DNA from: Bacteroidales bacterium UBA1800
Lineage (GTDB): Bacteria > Bacteroidota > Bacteroidia > Bacteroidales > VadinHA17
Assembly: GCA_002319915.1 (NCBI GenBank)
Contig: DCFQ01000021.1
Location: 47,643-111,642, forward strand
DNA length: 64,000 nt
Direction of reading: 5' to 3'
Shown: one piece after another, positions 28,861-39,100 of the stretch
Layout: every line of letters starts with the position of its first letter
Position numbering within the stretch: the first letter of the stretch is position 1
Translations under genes and position numbers: made by a program
Notes under the pieces: model-generated
What the model was told of the DNA's origin: nothing
The model's database searches: none
What the model saw: the letters and a program-made list of their open reading frames with translations, nothing else

Positions 28861-30213
28861 TCAATCCTGGGAGCCGGGCACATAAGCCAGACCCGGAAGC
28901 GGTACTTCCTTGGGAACGTCTACCGGGCCGAATGCAAACACCTTCGGGCCGAGTTTCAGGTCGGAATTCATCATTTCCTCGAAGGTGGTCTCTTTCCCTG
29001 TGTAGGCTGATATGCGTCCCATAATGGCAACCATTGTCGAGATGGCGGTGTTTTCGAGCTCATTGAACGGCTTGCCGGTGCGGATCGATGTAACCAGGTC
29101 GATATGTTCCTGAACATAAGGATCAACGCTTACATCCTCGGTCGGTTTCCCGTCCTTGTCGAGCGGATAGGCATATTTCCACACCTCAGCTCCTTTAAGG
29201 TCGAGGATAGTGTTCCTGCAATTGGTCGAGCCCTTGATACCCTGGAGCCTTTCCGAAACATTGTTCACGCATCCGTTTATCTGGCGGCACATGCTGTGAA
29301 CGTGGGTCCCGTCCTCGAATGTAAAATCGACGCTGAAATTATCGTACTGATCGCCGGTCACCCTGCGAAGACGCGAGCCGAAGGCGACTGCCTTCACGGG
29401 ATGAGTGCCCTTGAACCAGTTAAGTACATCGAGGTTGTGAACATGCTGCTCCACAATGTGGTCTCCGGAGAGCCACGACCAGTTCACCCAGTTACGGATC
29501 ATCCATTCCATTTCGCTCCAGGTCGGCTGGTTATCGCGGTGCCACAGCTTTCCACCGTTCCACCATACGTTCCCGCCTACCAGGTCACCGATCAGCCCCT
29601 GCTGGACCTGCTGCCAGTTGGCAACATAATCGCGCTGGTGACGGCGCTGGGTCCCGGTAACGATGCTGAGCTCCATTCCCTGGGCCTTCTTGGCAGTTGC
29701 CATTACCGATCTTGCTCCCGTGGGATCAACTGCGACCGGCTTTTCTGAGAAGATATGCTTCTTGGCCTGCACTGCGGCAGCCAGATGCTCGGGACGGAAG
29801 AACGGAGGGGTGGCCAGGATTACAATGTCAACCCCCGAATCAAGGACCTTCTGGTATGCATCGAAACCGACGAAGCAATTCTCAACCGGGACATCCTGTC
29901 CTTTCTCTTTCTTGATCTCTGCCCTGCAATTGTCGACCCTGTCCTGGAAGGTATCCCCAAGTGCGGTAATCTGAAGATTGGGCCCTGCACTCAGGAAATT
30001 TATTGCAGCACCTGTACCGCGGCCGCCACAACCGATAACCCCTGCCTTAAGAACCGGCCCGTCGGGAGCCTGGTCCTGGAAGCCCGGAACCGCAACGACT
30101 TTTTTCGTTTCCCTTGCACAACTTGTGATAATTGTCGGCGCGATGACGCCTGCTACCCCAACCGTAGCTGCTTTGCCAAGAAAATTACGCCTTGAAATGC
30201 TTGATTTTTTCAT
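28861..30213 (-). CDS. Gfo/Idh/MocA-family NAD(P)-dependent oxidoreductase with TAT signal
   Basis: 450 aa with a SRRNFLGKAATVGVAG leader and a Rossmann motif GVIGCGGRGTGAA. This is the typical periplasmic glycoside/sugar dehydrogenase architecture. Confidence 0.85.
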   Translation of the reverse strand: MKKSSISRRNFLGKAATVGVAGVIAPTIITSCARETKKVVAVPGFQDQAPDGPVLKAGVIGCGGRGTGAAINFLSAGPNLQITALGDTFQDRVDNCRAEIKKEKGQDVPVENCFVGFDAYQKVLDSGVDIVILATPPFFRPEHLAAAVQAKKHIFSEKPVAVDPTGARSVMATAKKAQGMELSIVTGTQRRHQRDYVANWQQVQQGLIGDLVGGNVWWNGGKLWHRDNQPTWSEMEWMIRNWVNWSWLSGDHIVEQHVHNLDVLNWFKGTHPVKAVAFGSRLRRVTGDQYDNFSVDFTFEDGTHVHSMCRQINGCVNNVSERLQGIKGSTNCRNTILDLKGAEVWKYAYPLDKDGKPTEDVSVDPYVQEHIDLVTSIRTGKPFNELENTAISTMVAIMGRISAYTGKETTFEEMMNSDLKLGPKVFAFGPVDVPKEVPLPGLAYVPGSQD

Positions 30214-30487
30214 ATCAGGTAAAGATTAAAATGTGTTTTAAATGAATTGTAAATCAATGAAAGAGATTTAATCAAATGTAAATATAGAGATTTAAATATC
30301 CAACGATTCGGGAGCTTTTAAACAATTTTAACGATCGTTATTTCACCTAGAAAAGAAATTACCCCACACAGCTTGATCTGCTTTATGTACACATTTCATA
30401 GTTAGAGGGAAAAGCCATTTAAGTGAAAACACCTTTGAAAGGGTAGGATTTAATTAAGATTGGTCTGTGTCGTGGGAAAAGCATTAT

Positions 30488-30592
30488 TTAACCGCAAAGA
30501 GCGCAGTGAAGGTGCAAAGTGCGCAAAGGCAAATTGCTTAATATCTATTCTTTGCGAACTCTGCGAAGTAACTTTGCGAACTTAGCGGTTAA
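30488..30592. repeat. intergenic hairpin element with TTAACCGC terminal inverted repeats and 10-11-nt phased GCAAAG modules
   Basis: ttaaccgcaaagagcgcagtgaaggtgcaaagtgcgcaaagg / ctttgcgaactctgcgaagtaactttgcgaacttagcggttaa, with a loop of about 20 nt. Confidence 0.75.
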
Positions 30593-30760
30593 TTGATTTC
30601 AACTTTGTCCGCACACCCAAAATTTTCCACGCTAAAACCTGCTCCTCAGAGGCAATATTGGGCCTCTGTGTACTCTATGTAACAAATAATCCCTTTTACT
30701 AAAAGTCATTCAGGCATCCCTTTATAAAAAAAGTTACATTTGCCTTAAATCAATCCATTA

Positions 30761-32236
30761 TTGGCAAAGTCACTTAAATATACTTCGTTTATTATCATCC
30801 TGTTTACCTGCCTCCCTTCGTGCACACCCGGGCCCGGGACAAGCTTCTCCGATGCAGGCAGGGGGCCCGTTCTGGACCCAGATTATACCGGTATCACCAT
30901 CCCGTTCAACATTGCTCCCCTTAATTTCATCGTCAGGGAAAAGGGGACGGCTTATGAGGTAAAGATCACTGCCGGTTCTGAAACTCTCTATGAGATCAGG
31001 AGCGGGTCCGGGATCATCCGGATCCCCGAGAGAGCATGGAAAAATACTCTCGCAAAGCATAAGGGAGAGCTCCTGAATATGGAAGTTTTTGTAAAGGAAG
31101 GTAAAGGTAAATGGCTCAGATATGCGACCGTGACTGATACAATCTCAGGTGATCCCATAGATAAATATCTCACTTACAGGATCCTCTATCCCGGCTATGA
31201 AAGCTGGAAAGAGATCTCGATCAGGCAGCGTGATCTCGAATCATTCAGGGAACGGCCGCTGATCGAGAACAGCATTGCAGATCAGAACTGCATCAATTGC
31301 CATTCATTCAACGACCGGACAGGCTCATTCCTTGTCCACATCAGGGGGAGCCTGGGGGGGACCCTGTTCTATGATGGGAAAACCCTTCAAAAAATAAATC
31401 TCAAAACAAAGGAGATGAAGAACGGAGCTGTTTATCCCCGCTGGCATCCCTCCGGGAAATTTGTGGCTTTTTCATCCAACAGGATAATCCAGCAGTTCCA
31501 TTCGGCTCTGCCGAAAAAGGTAGAGGTGAGCGATCTCGAATCCTCACTGATGTTGTACAACGTGGGAGGAAACAGCATATCGGATATTGATCTGACGGGA
31601 TCAGGAGAGTCAATGGATACCTATCCCGAATGGTCTCCCGACGGGAAATGGCTCTATTTCTGCAGGGCAAAGAAACCCGGGATACCCTTCGAATACAACA
31701 AGGTGCATTACGACCTGTACAGGGCCTCATTCGACAGTTCAAGACTTGAATTCGGGATCCCCGAAATGGTCTATAACGCCTCAGGAGCGGAGAAGAGCGT
31801 TTCATTCCCACGCCTCTCCCCCGACGGCAGGCACCTGGTATTTACGCTACATAATTACGGTGTCTTTCCGGTCTGGCACAGGGAGGCGGATCTCTACAGC
31901 CTCGACCTTTCGACCATGAACACAACAAAAATGACGCTCAACAGCGATTTCACGGAAAGTTACCATTCCTGGTCGTCGGACAGCAAATGGCTGGTATTTA
32001 GCAGTAAACGCCTCGACGGGCTTACTGCAAGGCTGTTTATTGCCCATATAGACAGCGGCGGAAACTCCGGCAAGCCATTCATTCTGCCACAGCACGATCC
32101 CCGGTTCTATTCCCGGTTTATTAAGACATATAACCTGCCCGAACTGTCAGTGACCAGGATCGGCATCAATCCGGGCAAATTTAGAAAGGCCATGGTTTCC
32201 AGGGCTCTCCCGGCATTGTGGGGGAACAAAAACTGA
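30761..32236 (+). CDS. lipoprotein with one CxxCH heme-binding motif and PD40 (TolB-like) beta-propeller repeats
   Basis: 491 aa with a TTG start and lipobox LPSCTPG. It has CINCH, then repeated YPRWHPSGKFVAFSS / YPEWSPDGKWLYF / FPRLSPDGRHLVF / SWSSDSKWLVFSS. Confidence 0.65.
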   Translation: MAKSLKYTSFIIILFTCLPSCTPGPGTSFSDAGRGPVLDPDYTGITIPFNIAPLNFIVREKGTAYEVKITAGSETLYEIRSGSGIIRIPERAWKNTLAKHKGELLNMEVFVKEGKGKWLRYATVTDTISGDPIDKYLTYRILYPGYESWKEISIRQRDLESFRERPLIENSIADQNCINCHSFNDRTGSFLVHIRGSLGGTLFYDGKTLQKINLKTKEMKNGAVYPRWHPSGKFVAFSSNRIIQQFHSALPKKVEVSDLESSLMLYNVGGNSISDIDLTGSGESMDTYPEWSPDGKWLYFCRAKKPGIPFEYNKVHYDLYRASFDSSRLEFGIPEMVYNASGAEKSVSFPRLSPDGRHLVFTLHNYGVFPVWHREADLYSLDLSTMNTTKMTLNSDFTESYHSWSSDSKWLVFSSKRLDGLTARLFIAHIDSGGNSGKPFILPQHDPRFYSRFIKTYNLPELSVTRIGINPGKFRKAMVSRALPALWGNKN

Positions 32237-34026
32237 CGATTATGAGTGATCAGTTAAACAAAGACGTTCATGCCGGCAGGATCTCCCTGGATATTACCAG
32301 GCATCTTCCTTATATCCTGTTGTTTGCAGGGTCATTTGTTTATTTTGCATTCATAGCTGACTACATTTGCTTTTACCAGGAGAAATTGTCGCTCTTTGTC
32401 CTTTCGGGCTATTATTTGGCCGATCACCTCAAACAGCCGGGCCTTCCGCTTGTCTGGGCAGGAAGGTTCATTACATCATTTTTTTACTACCCGGCACTGG
32501 GGGGAGCGATCATTTCACTGGTGATATGCTCCGCGGCCCTGCTGATTTCAGGTATAAACAGGCATCTTTCAGGACCTGGCAGGAATGTAGTGCCCATCCT
32601 GGGAGCCCTGGGCATATTCTTTTTATCCACAGATTATCATTTCCTGCTGTACAACAGCCTTGGGATCCTGTTTCAGCTTCTTGCATTTTATCTCCTGATC
32701 AGGCAATTGAAAGGGTGGCTCCCGGTAGTGGCATTTCCCCTTATCTATTTTCTGACAGGAAGCTTCGCCTGGCTGTTCTTCATTCTATATACCCTATGGG
32801 TAATAGCTTATTCTCTCAGACAAAGCTGGTATAAGCCGGCCGCATTATTATTGCTTGCGCTGGCAATGATTTATGTTTCCAAAGAATATATTTTCTTCCA
32901 AACGGGCGCATCCCTCCTGCTTTTCCCGCTTTCAAAGGCTGATACGGGAGGGCAGTATATCCCGTTGCTTGCACTTTCCGGATTGATATCGCTTGTCCCG
33001 CTATTTTCCAGGATCACTTTCGCATGTCCGCTCTCTCCAAAAGTGCCGGCGATCCTGAGGAGGAGCGCGTTGATTCTGTTGTTCCCGGCTCTCCTCACCG
33101 CCATTCCCCTTTTACGTTTCGACAGGAAGGACTACCAGTTCTTCAGGGTCGAAAAGTTGTTTTTTGAGGGCAGGTACAGGGATGTTACTTCATACCTTGA
33201 AAAAAATCCTTCTGCCAACAGGCTCACTATTTACCTGAACAATATTTCATTGTCCGAGACCGGCAGGCTTAATGACATGCTTTTCCGGTTCAGGCAGGAC
33301 CCTGAAGGGAAAACACTCTTCCTCAACTGGGATATGAAGAGTGAAGTTCTCAGGGTAGGCGGCTATTTTTATTATACCACTGGAATGATCAATGAAGCCG
33401 TCAGGTGGGCTTATGAAAACATGGTGATGGAAGGGCTCACTCCCGAGGGGCTGAAAATGCTAGTCAAATGCGAGCTCATCAACGGGGACTACCCTGTGGC
33501 TTCAAAGTATGTTTCACTCCTGGGGAAAACGTTGTTTTACAGGCGCGAGGCTGACAAGTACTCAAGATTTCTATACAATGACTCCGCTGTGGAGGCTGAT
33601 CCTGATCTCGGCCCAAGGAGGAGGTCGAAAGTGACCCATGATTTTTTCACACTTACAGGCGATCCATTCGCGAACATAGAAATGGCACTTTCGTCAGGCT
33701 CGATGAACAGGAGAGCTTTTGAGTACAAGCTCGCTTACCTGTTGATAAAGAAAGATCATAAAGGCATAACCGAAGCACTTTCAAAGCTTCCCGCTTATGG
33801 ATTCAATAGAATGCCCATTCATCTTGAAGAGGCAGCCACGGTTTATGGCAGGATCCGTTCACCGGAAATAGCTGCCGGCACTCTGCAGGTAAGCAAGGAT
33901 ACGGAAATAAGGTTTGACGGGTTAATGCAGATCATTAAGAATTACGGCAATGATCCCAGGGCTGCTGAACCGTATTTAAGAAAACAGTACGCGGGCACAT
34001 TCTGGTACTGGGTGTTCTACAGATAG
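32218..34026 (+). CDS. polytopic membrane protein with C-terminal soluble helical (TPR-like) domain
   Basis: 602 aa. The first ~290 aa are strongly hydrophobic (about 8-9 helices) and the remainder is soluble. It overlaps the upstream gene by 19 nt. It may belong to a Bacteroidota DUF family, which I cannot verify. Confidence 0.6.
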   Translation: MGEQKLTIMSDQLNKDVHAGRISLDITRHLPYILLFAGSFVYFAFIADYICFYQEKLSLFVLSGYYLADHLKQPGLPLVWAGRFITSFFYYPALGGAIISLVICSAALLISGINRHLSGPGRNVVPILGALGIFFLSTDYHFLLYNSLGILFQLLAFYLLIRQLKGWLPVVAFPLIYFLTGSFAWLFFILYTLWVIAYSLRQSWYKPAALLLLALAMIYVSKEYIFFQTGASLLLFPLSKADTGGQYIPLLALSGLISLVPLFSRITFACPLSPKVPAILRRSALILLFPALLTAIPLLRFDRKDYQFFRVEKLFFEGRYRDVTSYLEKNPSANRLTIYLNNISLSETGRLNDMLFRFRQDPEGKTLFLNWDMKSEVLRVGGYFYYTTGMINEAVRWAYENMVMEGLTPEGLKMLVKCELINGDYPVASKYVSLLGKTLFYRREADKYSRFLYNDSAVEADPDLGPRRRSKVTHDFFTLTGDPFANIEMALSSGSMNRRAFEYKLAYLLIKKDHKGITEALSKLPAYGFNRMPIHLEEAATVYGRIRSPEIAAGTLQVSKDTEIRFDGLMQIIKNYGNDPRAAEPYLRKQYAGTFWYWVFYR

Positions 34027-34174
34027 TACGCCCCCAAACCCCCTAAAGGGGGCTTTCTCTAATTGCTTAAACTTACTTTTACGCTACTATTGTTAGCTGC
34101 TTAACCGCCCTTCATGGGGCATCATTGTGCACGGTTCAAGCCCCACTTCAGGGGGGATGGGGGGCCATTCTGAG

Positions 34175-34207
34175 ACACAGAGGAGTCACGGAGGAGGCAC
34201 GGAGGGC
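34175..34207. repeat. solo arm of CACAGAGG/CACGGAGG 11-nt phased modules
   Basis: acacagaggagtcacggaggaggcacggaggg. Confidence 0.6.
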
Positions 34208-34210
34208 AAT

Positions 34211-34243
34211 AAAAAGAGCCGGCCCAACCGGACCGGCTCCTTT
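34211..34243. terminator. bidirectional hairpin terminator between convergent genes
   Basis: Stem gagccgg/ccggctc (34216-34222 / 34233-34239), flanked by an A-run upstream and a T-rich run downstream. Confidence 0.55.
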
Positions 34244-34264
34244 AATTAACTTAAATTATTAACG

Positions 34265-36133
34265 CTAGTAACCCGGGTTCTGGACCAACAGGGTATTCTT
34301 ATTCATTTCATCCCTCATGATCGGGAAGAAATAGCATTTGTTGTTCCAGGCCCTGGCATCGTTTCCAAAGACCTCCTTCGAATAGACGGGATCGCCCCAG
34401 GTAGAACCATCAGGCTGGCGGTAGTTTGTGACCGTCTGTGAAGTAATGTACTTCACCTCTACCCTGTGGGTTTGCTTGTAGGCATCCCCTCCGATCACCC
34501 AGCGGCGGACATCCCAGAAGCGGTGGCTCTCGAAAGCGAGCTCGATCCGGCGTTCGTGCCTGACGGCAGTGCGCAGCTCTGCCTGGCTAAGTCCGGCCGC
34601 AATAGGCGGCTGGCCTGCCCTTGTACGGATCATATTGATCTTTTCTGTGGCATCGGCAAGGTTCCCGGCATCCCCAATCTCTATGCAGGCTTCAGCATAG
34701 CTGAGAAGCACTTCGGCATAGCGCATGTGGCGGAAGGGAACATCCTGCTTGACATACTGCGGGTCGATTGCAGGGTTCATGAACTTACGCATGTAATATC
34801 CGGTATAACCGCCGTTCCAGTCTTCGATCGGGCCCTGACGCGTATCGACGCCCGGGATCTGCTGGCTTGTCCCATCAGCTTTGAAGACATGACCAACCTG
34901 GAGCCTGTCCCACGGGTCGATACCCTGGACATCGGTCGGACGTTTCCTCCACCCCACACCCTCATAAAGGATCGATGAGTAGAAGCGAGCATCACGATTG
35001 GTGTACGGACTTGCCTTTTCAGCAGGGTTGGTCCAGTCGAATGCCGATCCATCCTTCATTTCATATTCATCAACCAGCTCACCGATCGGGGTGTTGTTGC
35101 CCCAGTTGTGGTAGCCGTTTGGTCCGGAATAGAGAGCAGGATTATAATCCGACCAGCTCTGCCCCGATTTCGGGGTGAAGTACTGGAGAAGGATATCTTC
35201 ATTCTCATACCCGTATGAGAGGAAGTAATCGACAAAGTTCTGTGCCACTGAATCTCCCGGTGCGGGTGTGGGCTTGTAGAGGTCGTAGATGCCAAGATCC
35301 ATGACTGCCTTTTCAGCTGCTTTTGCAGCAGCCCAGCGATCGGTCTGGCTTCCGCCGGTATAACCGAGCAGTTCCGGGTTTCCGAAACCGGAGGCATAGG
35401 TCGAGATGCTGGCGCTTGTGTGCAGGTCGCTGGCAGCATAAAGAAGCGTCCTTGCTTTCAAAGTAAGGGCGGCTCCCTTGGTCGCGCGGCCAAGGTCTTT
35501 CCCGCTAAAGGTCTCGGGAAGCAGCGTTGCGGCTGTGTCGAGCTGACCAACAATGTAGTTGACGCACTCTTCATAGGTATTCCTGGCAATGCTGTAATCT
35601 TCATTTAGACCATAAGGCTTGGCGATGAGAGGAACGCCGCCGTAAAGTGCCACGAGATAGTGATAATTGTATGCCCTGAGGAAATAAACTTCACCAGTCA
35701 TGCGATCCCTGGTGGCATCATCCGGCCAGGGTATCTCACTGAGGTGCTTGAAGAACAGGTTGCATTTTCTCACGTTCTTGTAAAGCGGAGCCCACTGGAA
35801 ATGGTAAGTATCCATGGTCGGGTCGGGTAATCCCCAGTTATATGACCATCCCATGAGGTCATCCTGTGTCATGAGGCTCTTGTTGAAGTTTGTGGCTCCC
35901 CAGTCGGGAGTGAACATTGATTCATCCACGTAGTCGGCAAGCCTTTCAATTGCATAAGGCCATCCCAGAGCATTCTGGTAGATGTCGGATATAAATGTTG
36001 AAACAAGACTCGGGTCCTGCCAGACATCCGCATCAGAATATGCTCCCAGTGGTTTTGTGTTGAGATAATCCTTGCATGATGAAGCTATCCCCGTCAGGAA
36101 AACAACGCTAAGTATATATAATATCTTTTTCAT
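34265..36133 (-). CDS. susD: SusD/RagB-family lipoprotein
   Basis: Lipobox IASSCKD after the internal start MKKILYIL (36133). The tail is FFPIMRDEMNKNTLLVQNPGY. It lies directly downstream of SusC. Confidence 0.9.
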   Translation of the reverse strand: MKKILYILSVVFLTGIASSCKDYLNTKPLGAYSDADVWQDPSLVSTFISDIYQNALGWPYAIERLADYVDESMFTPDWGATNFNKSLMTQDDLMGWSYNWGLPDPTMDTYHFQWAPLYKNVRKCNLFFKHLSEIPWPDDATRDRMTGEVYFLRAYNYHYLVALYGGVPLIAKPYGLNEDYSIARNTYEECVNYIVGQLDTAATLLPETFSGKDLGRATKGAALTLKARTLLYAASDLHTSASISTYASGFGNPELLGYTGGSQTDRWAAAKAAEKAVMDLGIYDLYKPTPAPGDSVAQNFVDYFLSYGYENEDILLQYFTPKSGQSWSDYNPALYSGPNGYHNWGNNTPIGELVDEYEMKDGSAFDWTNPAEKASPYTNRDARFYSSILYEGVGWRKRPTDVQGIDPWDRLQVGHVFKADGTSQQIPGVDTRQGPIEDWNGGYTGYYMRKFMNPAIDPQYVKQDVPFRHMRYAEVLLSYAEACIEIGDAGNLADATEKINMIRTRAGQPPIAAGLSQAELRTAVRHERRIELAFESHRFWDVRRWVIGGDAYKQTHRVEVKYITSQTVTNYRQPDGSTWGDPVYSKEVFGNDARAWNNKCYFFPIMRDEMNKNTLLVQNPGY

Positions 36134-36146
36134 AATGCGCAGGTTT

Positions 36147-39100
36147 TTAGAATGACAAAACAAGTCCAAGGTTAGCAACTCTCTGAAGAGGATAATCCGT
36201 CCCGGCATTCAGTTCAGGGTCGATGAGTTTCATCTTGCTGAATGTCAAAAGGTTCAAGCCGCTTGCATAAACGCGGAGCTTTGAGATACCCAGTTTGGAA
36301 TTGACCGTTGCGGGAAGGGTGTAACCAATTTCGAGTGATTTCAGACGTACATAGTTAGTCGAGAAATACCAGAATGTGTTACCCTGGCTCCTCCAGTACT
36401 CATTATCACGGTTCCATGCGCGAGGCAGATTGGTATTGGTGTTCTCGGGGGTCCACCTGTTGTCGGAATAGTACGTGTAGAAGTTCCCGATCTCACCCGA
36501 TTCAGGATTAATCTGGACCTGTGCACCGAAAGCACCCTGGAACAACAGGCTGAGGTCGAACTGCTTGTAACCGAGGTTGGCATTGAGCCCTGTGATGAAT
36601 CTCGGCATATTATTCCTGCTGTCGCGAACCCTGTCGAGTCCGTCGATCGTTCCGCTGTTGTCGACATCCTTGAAGATGATATCACCGGGACGTGCATTAG
36701 CCCAGTGGGGATAAGCGTCGAGTGAAGCCTCATCCTGGAAGATGCCCGTTGCAACATAGTTCAGCCCTGCACCCATTGGTTTACCCTGGGCCTTCTGGTA
36801 TTCGGGAATACCCGGGGTGTCGAATGTGAAATCGATCTTGTTCCTTGCATAGCTTCCGTTGAGTGACACGTCGTAGAACAGGTCGCCGGCGTTGTTCCTG
36901 TAAGTTATCTGGAACTCGAAGCCCCTGTTTGAAACCTTCCCGATGTTCTGCGGAGGAAGGGTCATACCTGTGCTTTCAGGAACAATTGCAGATGCCTGCC
37001 AGAGGATGCCTGAACGAAGGTTATAGAACACGTCGGCATCGATGGTGAGCTTGCTCTTCAGCATGGTTGCGTTGAAACCAAGGTTGTACTGGTTTGCCAC
37101 TTCCCATGTCACATCCGGGTTGGGAACCACGTTTTCAAGCAGCCTCTTGTTGTTGATCGACTTGCCGAAAACGTATGGCTGGCTGTCGAAGCTGTAGGTT
37201 GACAGGAATTGGTATTCTTTCAGCTGATCATTATAATAGATCCTGTCGTTACCGGTCTGACCCCATGATGCACGGAGCTTGAAGTCGTCGAAGATTGTCA
37301 GATTATCCTTGAAGAAGCTTTCGTCAGAGAGACGCCATCCCAGTGATACGCCCGGGAAGAAACCGTAGTTCTTGCCCGGTTTGAACATATAGGATCCGTC
37401 GTACCTCATCACAACCTCAACCAGGTACTTCCTGCTGTAGTCATAGTTGAAACGGCCGAAGTAGCTGAACCTTGCATTCTGGTCAGCCCAGCCGTTATTT
37501 GTCATGTACTCGTCATATGCTCCTGCAAAAAGCTGCGGGATAAGGTCGGTGACATAGTTTTTCCTGAATGCGTTCATGTAATCATTAAGACCCGATTGTG
37601 CCTCAATACCGGCCATGATCTTAATGTTATGAACAGTCCCGAATGTATTTTCGTAGGTAGCAAAAGCGTTGAACGTGGTCTTGTTGCCATCCTGCGTGTT
37701 TTGGGTAAGCTGTGCGGCATCAAATCCTCTCTTGCCTTTTGTTAGTTCAGGCAGGCTATTTTCACCGTAGGTAACGCCATCCCATGAATAGAGGTACCAT
37801 GGCTTATCAAACACCTTTTCGAACTTGAATATCTTGTCATATGAAGCGTTAGCCTGAACTGACAGACCTTTCACCCACGGGAGCTTGACATTCAGTCTCA
37901 CGTTTGATTCCATGACGTACCTGCGGTCATGGTCGAAACCTGTTTGATCAGTGCAGATCACCACTGGGTTATCGCCATACTCGATATCAGGCCCCGGCAA
38001 GCCGTTTGGCCAGTAGGCCGGCATATTGGGTTTTCCCCTCATTATCATACGGAAGATCGAACCTGCGCTTCTGGTCGGAAAGTTCCTGTTTTCCTGGCGG
38101 CCTGAAACGTCGAAGGAAATATCAATATTCTTCGAGATCTTTCCGTCGATGTTGGTCCTGAAATCGTACTGCCTGAAGCTGGTAGCACTGTGTTTATAAT
38201 ATGCATCTTCGTACTTTGTTCCGAGTGAAAGGAAATACTTCATGTTTTCAGTACCTCCTGAAATTGAAACATTCTGGTAATTCTGTGCTGACCAGTTCTT
38301 GAAGGTCTCGCCGAACCAGTCGGTGTTGGGGTGACCCCATGGATCCGAACCATCCTTGTATTTCTGGATATCCGAATCGGAATATTTCTGGTTACGCCCA
38401 CCGCCCGTATTTGCATAATATGCAATTTCATTCAGCATGGTTGCGTAGGTAGCAGCGTCAGCCATTTTGGGGATAACGGTCGGCTGGTTGAAACCGGTGC
38501 TCAGGTTAAGGGTGATTGAAGGCTTCCCTACCCGGCCGCGTTTCGTTGTAACAAGGATAACACCATTGGCAGCCTGTGTTCCATAGATAGCTGCAGATGC
38601 GTCCTTGAGAACAGTGAATGATTCGATGTCGCTCGGATCGAGGCGGTCGAGGGAACGGTGAGGAATTCCGTCAACAACAATGAGGGGAGAGTTATCACCC
38701 AGCGTGTTGGCGCCTCGGATTGTGATGGTAGCTGCATCATATCCTGGCTCACCGCTCTTCTGGATGGAGGTGATACCCGGAATACGGCCGATGAGGCTGT
38801 TTGTGAGGTTCGTCACCGGTGACTGCTTGAGAGTCTCTCCGTTAACGGCACTTACGGAACCGGTCAGCGAGGCTTTCTTTGTCGTACCGTAACCGGTAAC
38901 CACAACCTCTTCGAGTCCCTTTACTTCGCTTACCATGTGCACATCAGCAATCGTCCTGCCGTCGAGGGGGACTTCAGCTGTTACATACCCGATGAATGAA
39001 AAGATAAGTGTTGCATTCCTGTCATTCACCATGATAGAATATTTCCCTTCCACATCAGCAATGGCACCCAGGGATGTACCTTTGACAACGATGTTCACAC

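Noticed and set aside
28276-29010. 244-aa plus-strand ORF, and similar long ORFs at 27876..28484, 29104..29748, 29755..30195, 44201..44914, 46012..46566, 49573..50172, 58876..59433 and 59046..59630
   Set aside because: All lie antisense to, or out of frame within, strongly supported genes in GC-rich DNA. Their translations are low-complexity (Ser/Pro/Arg/Ala-rich) and carry no recognisable motifs. These are typical shadow ORFs.
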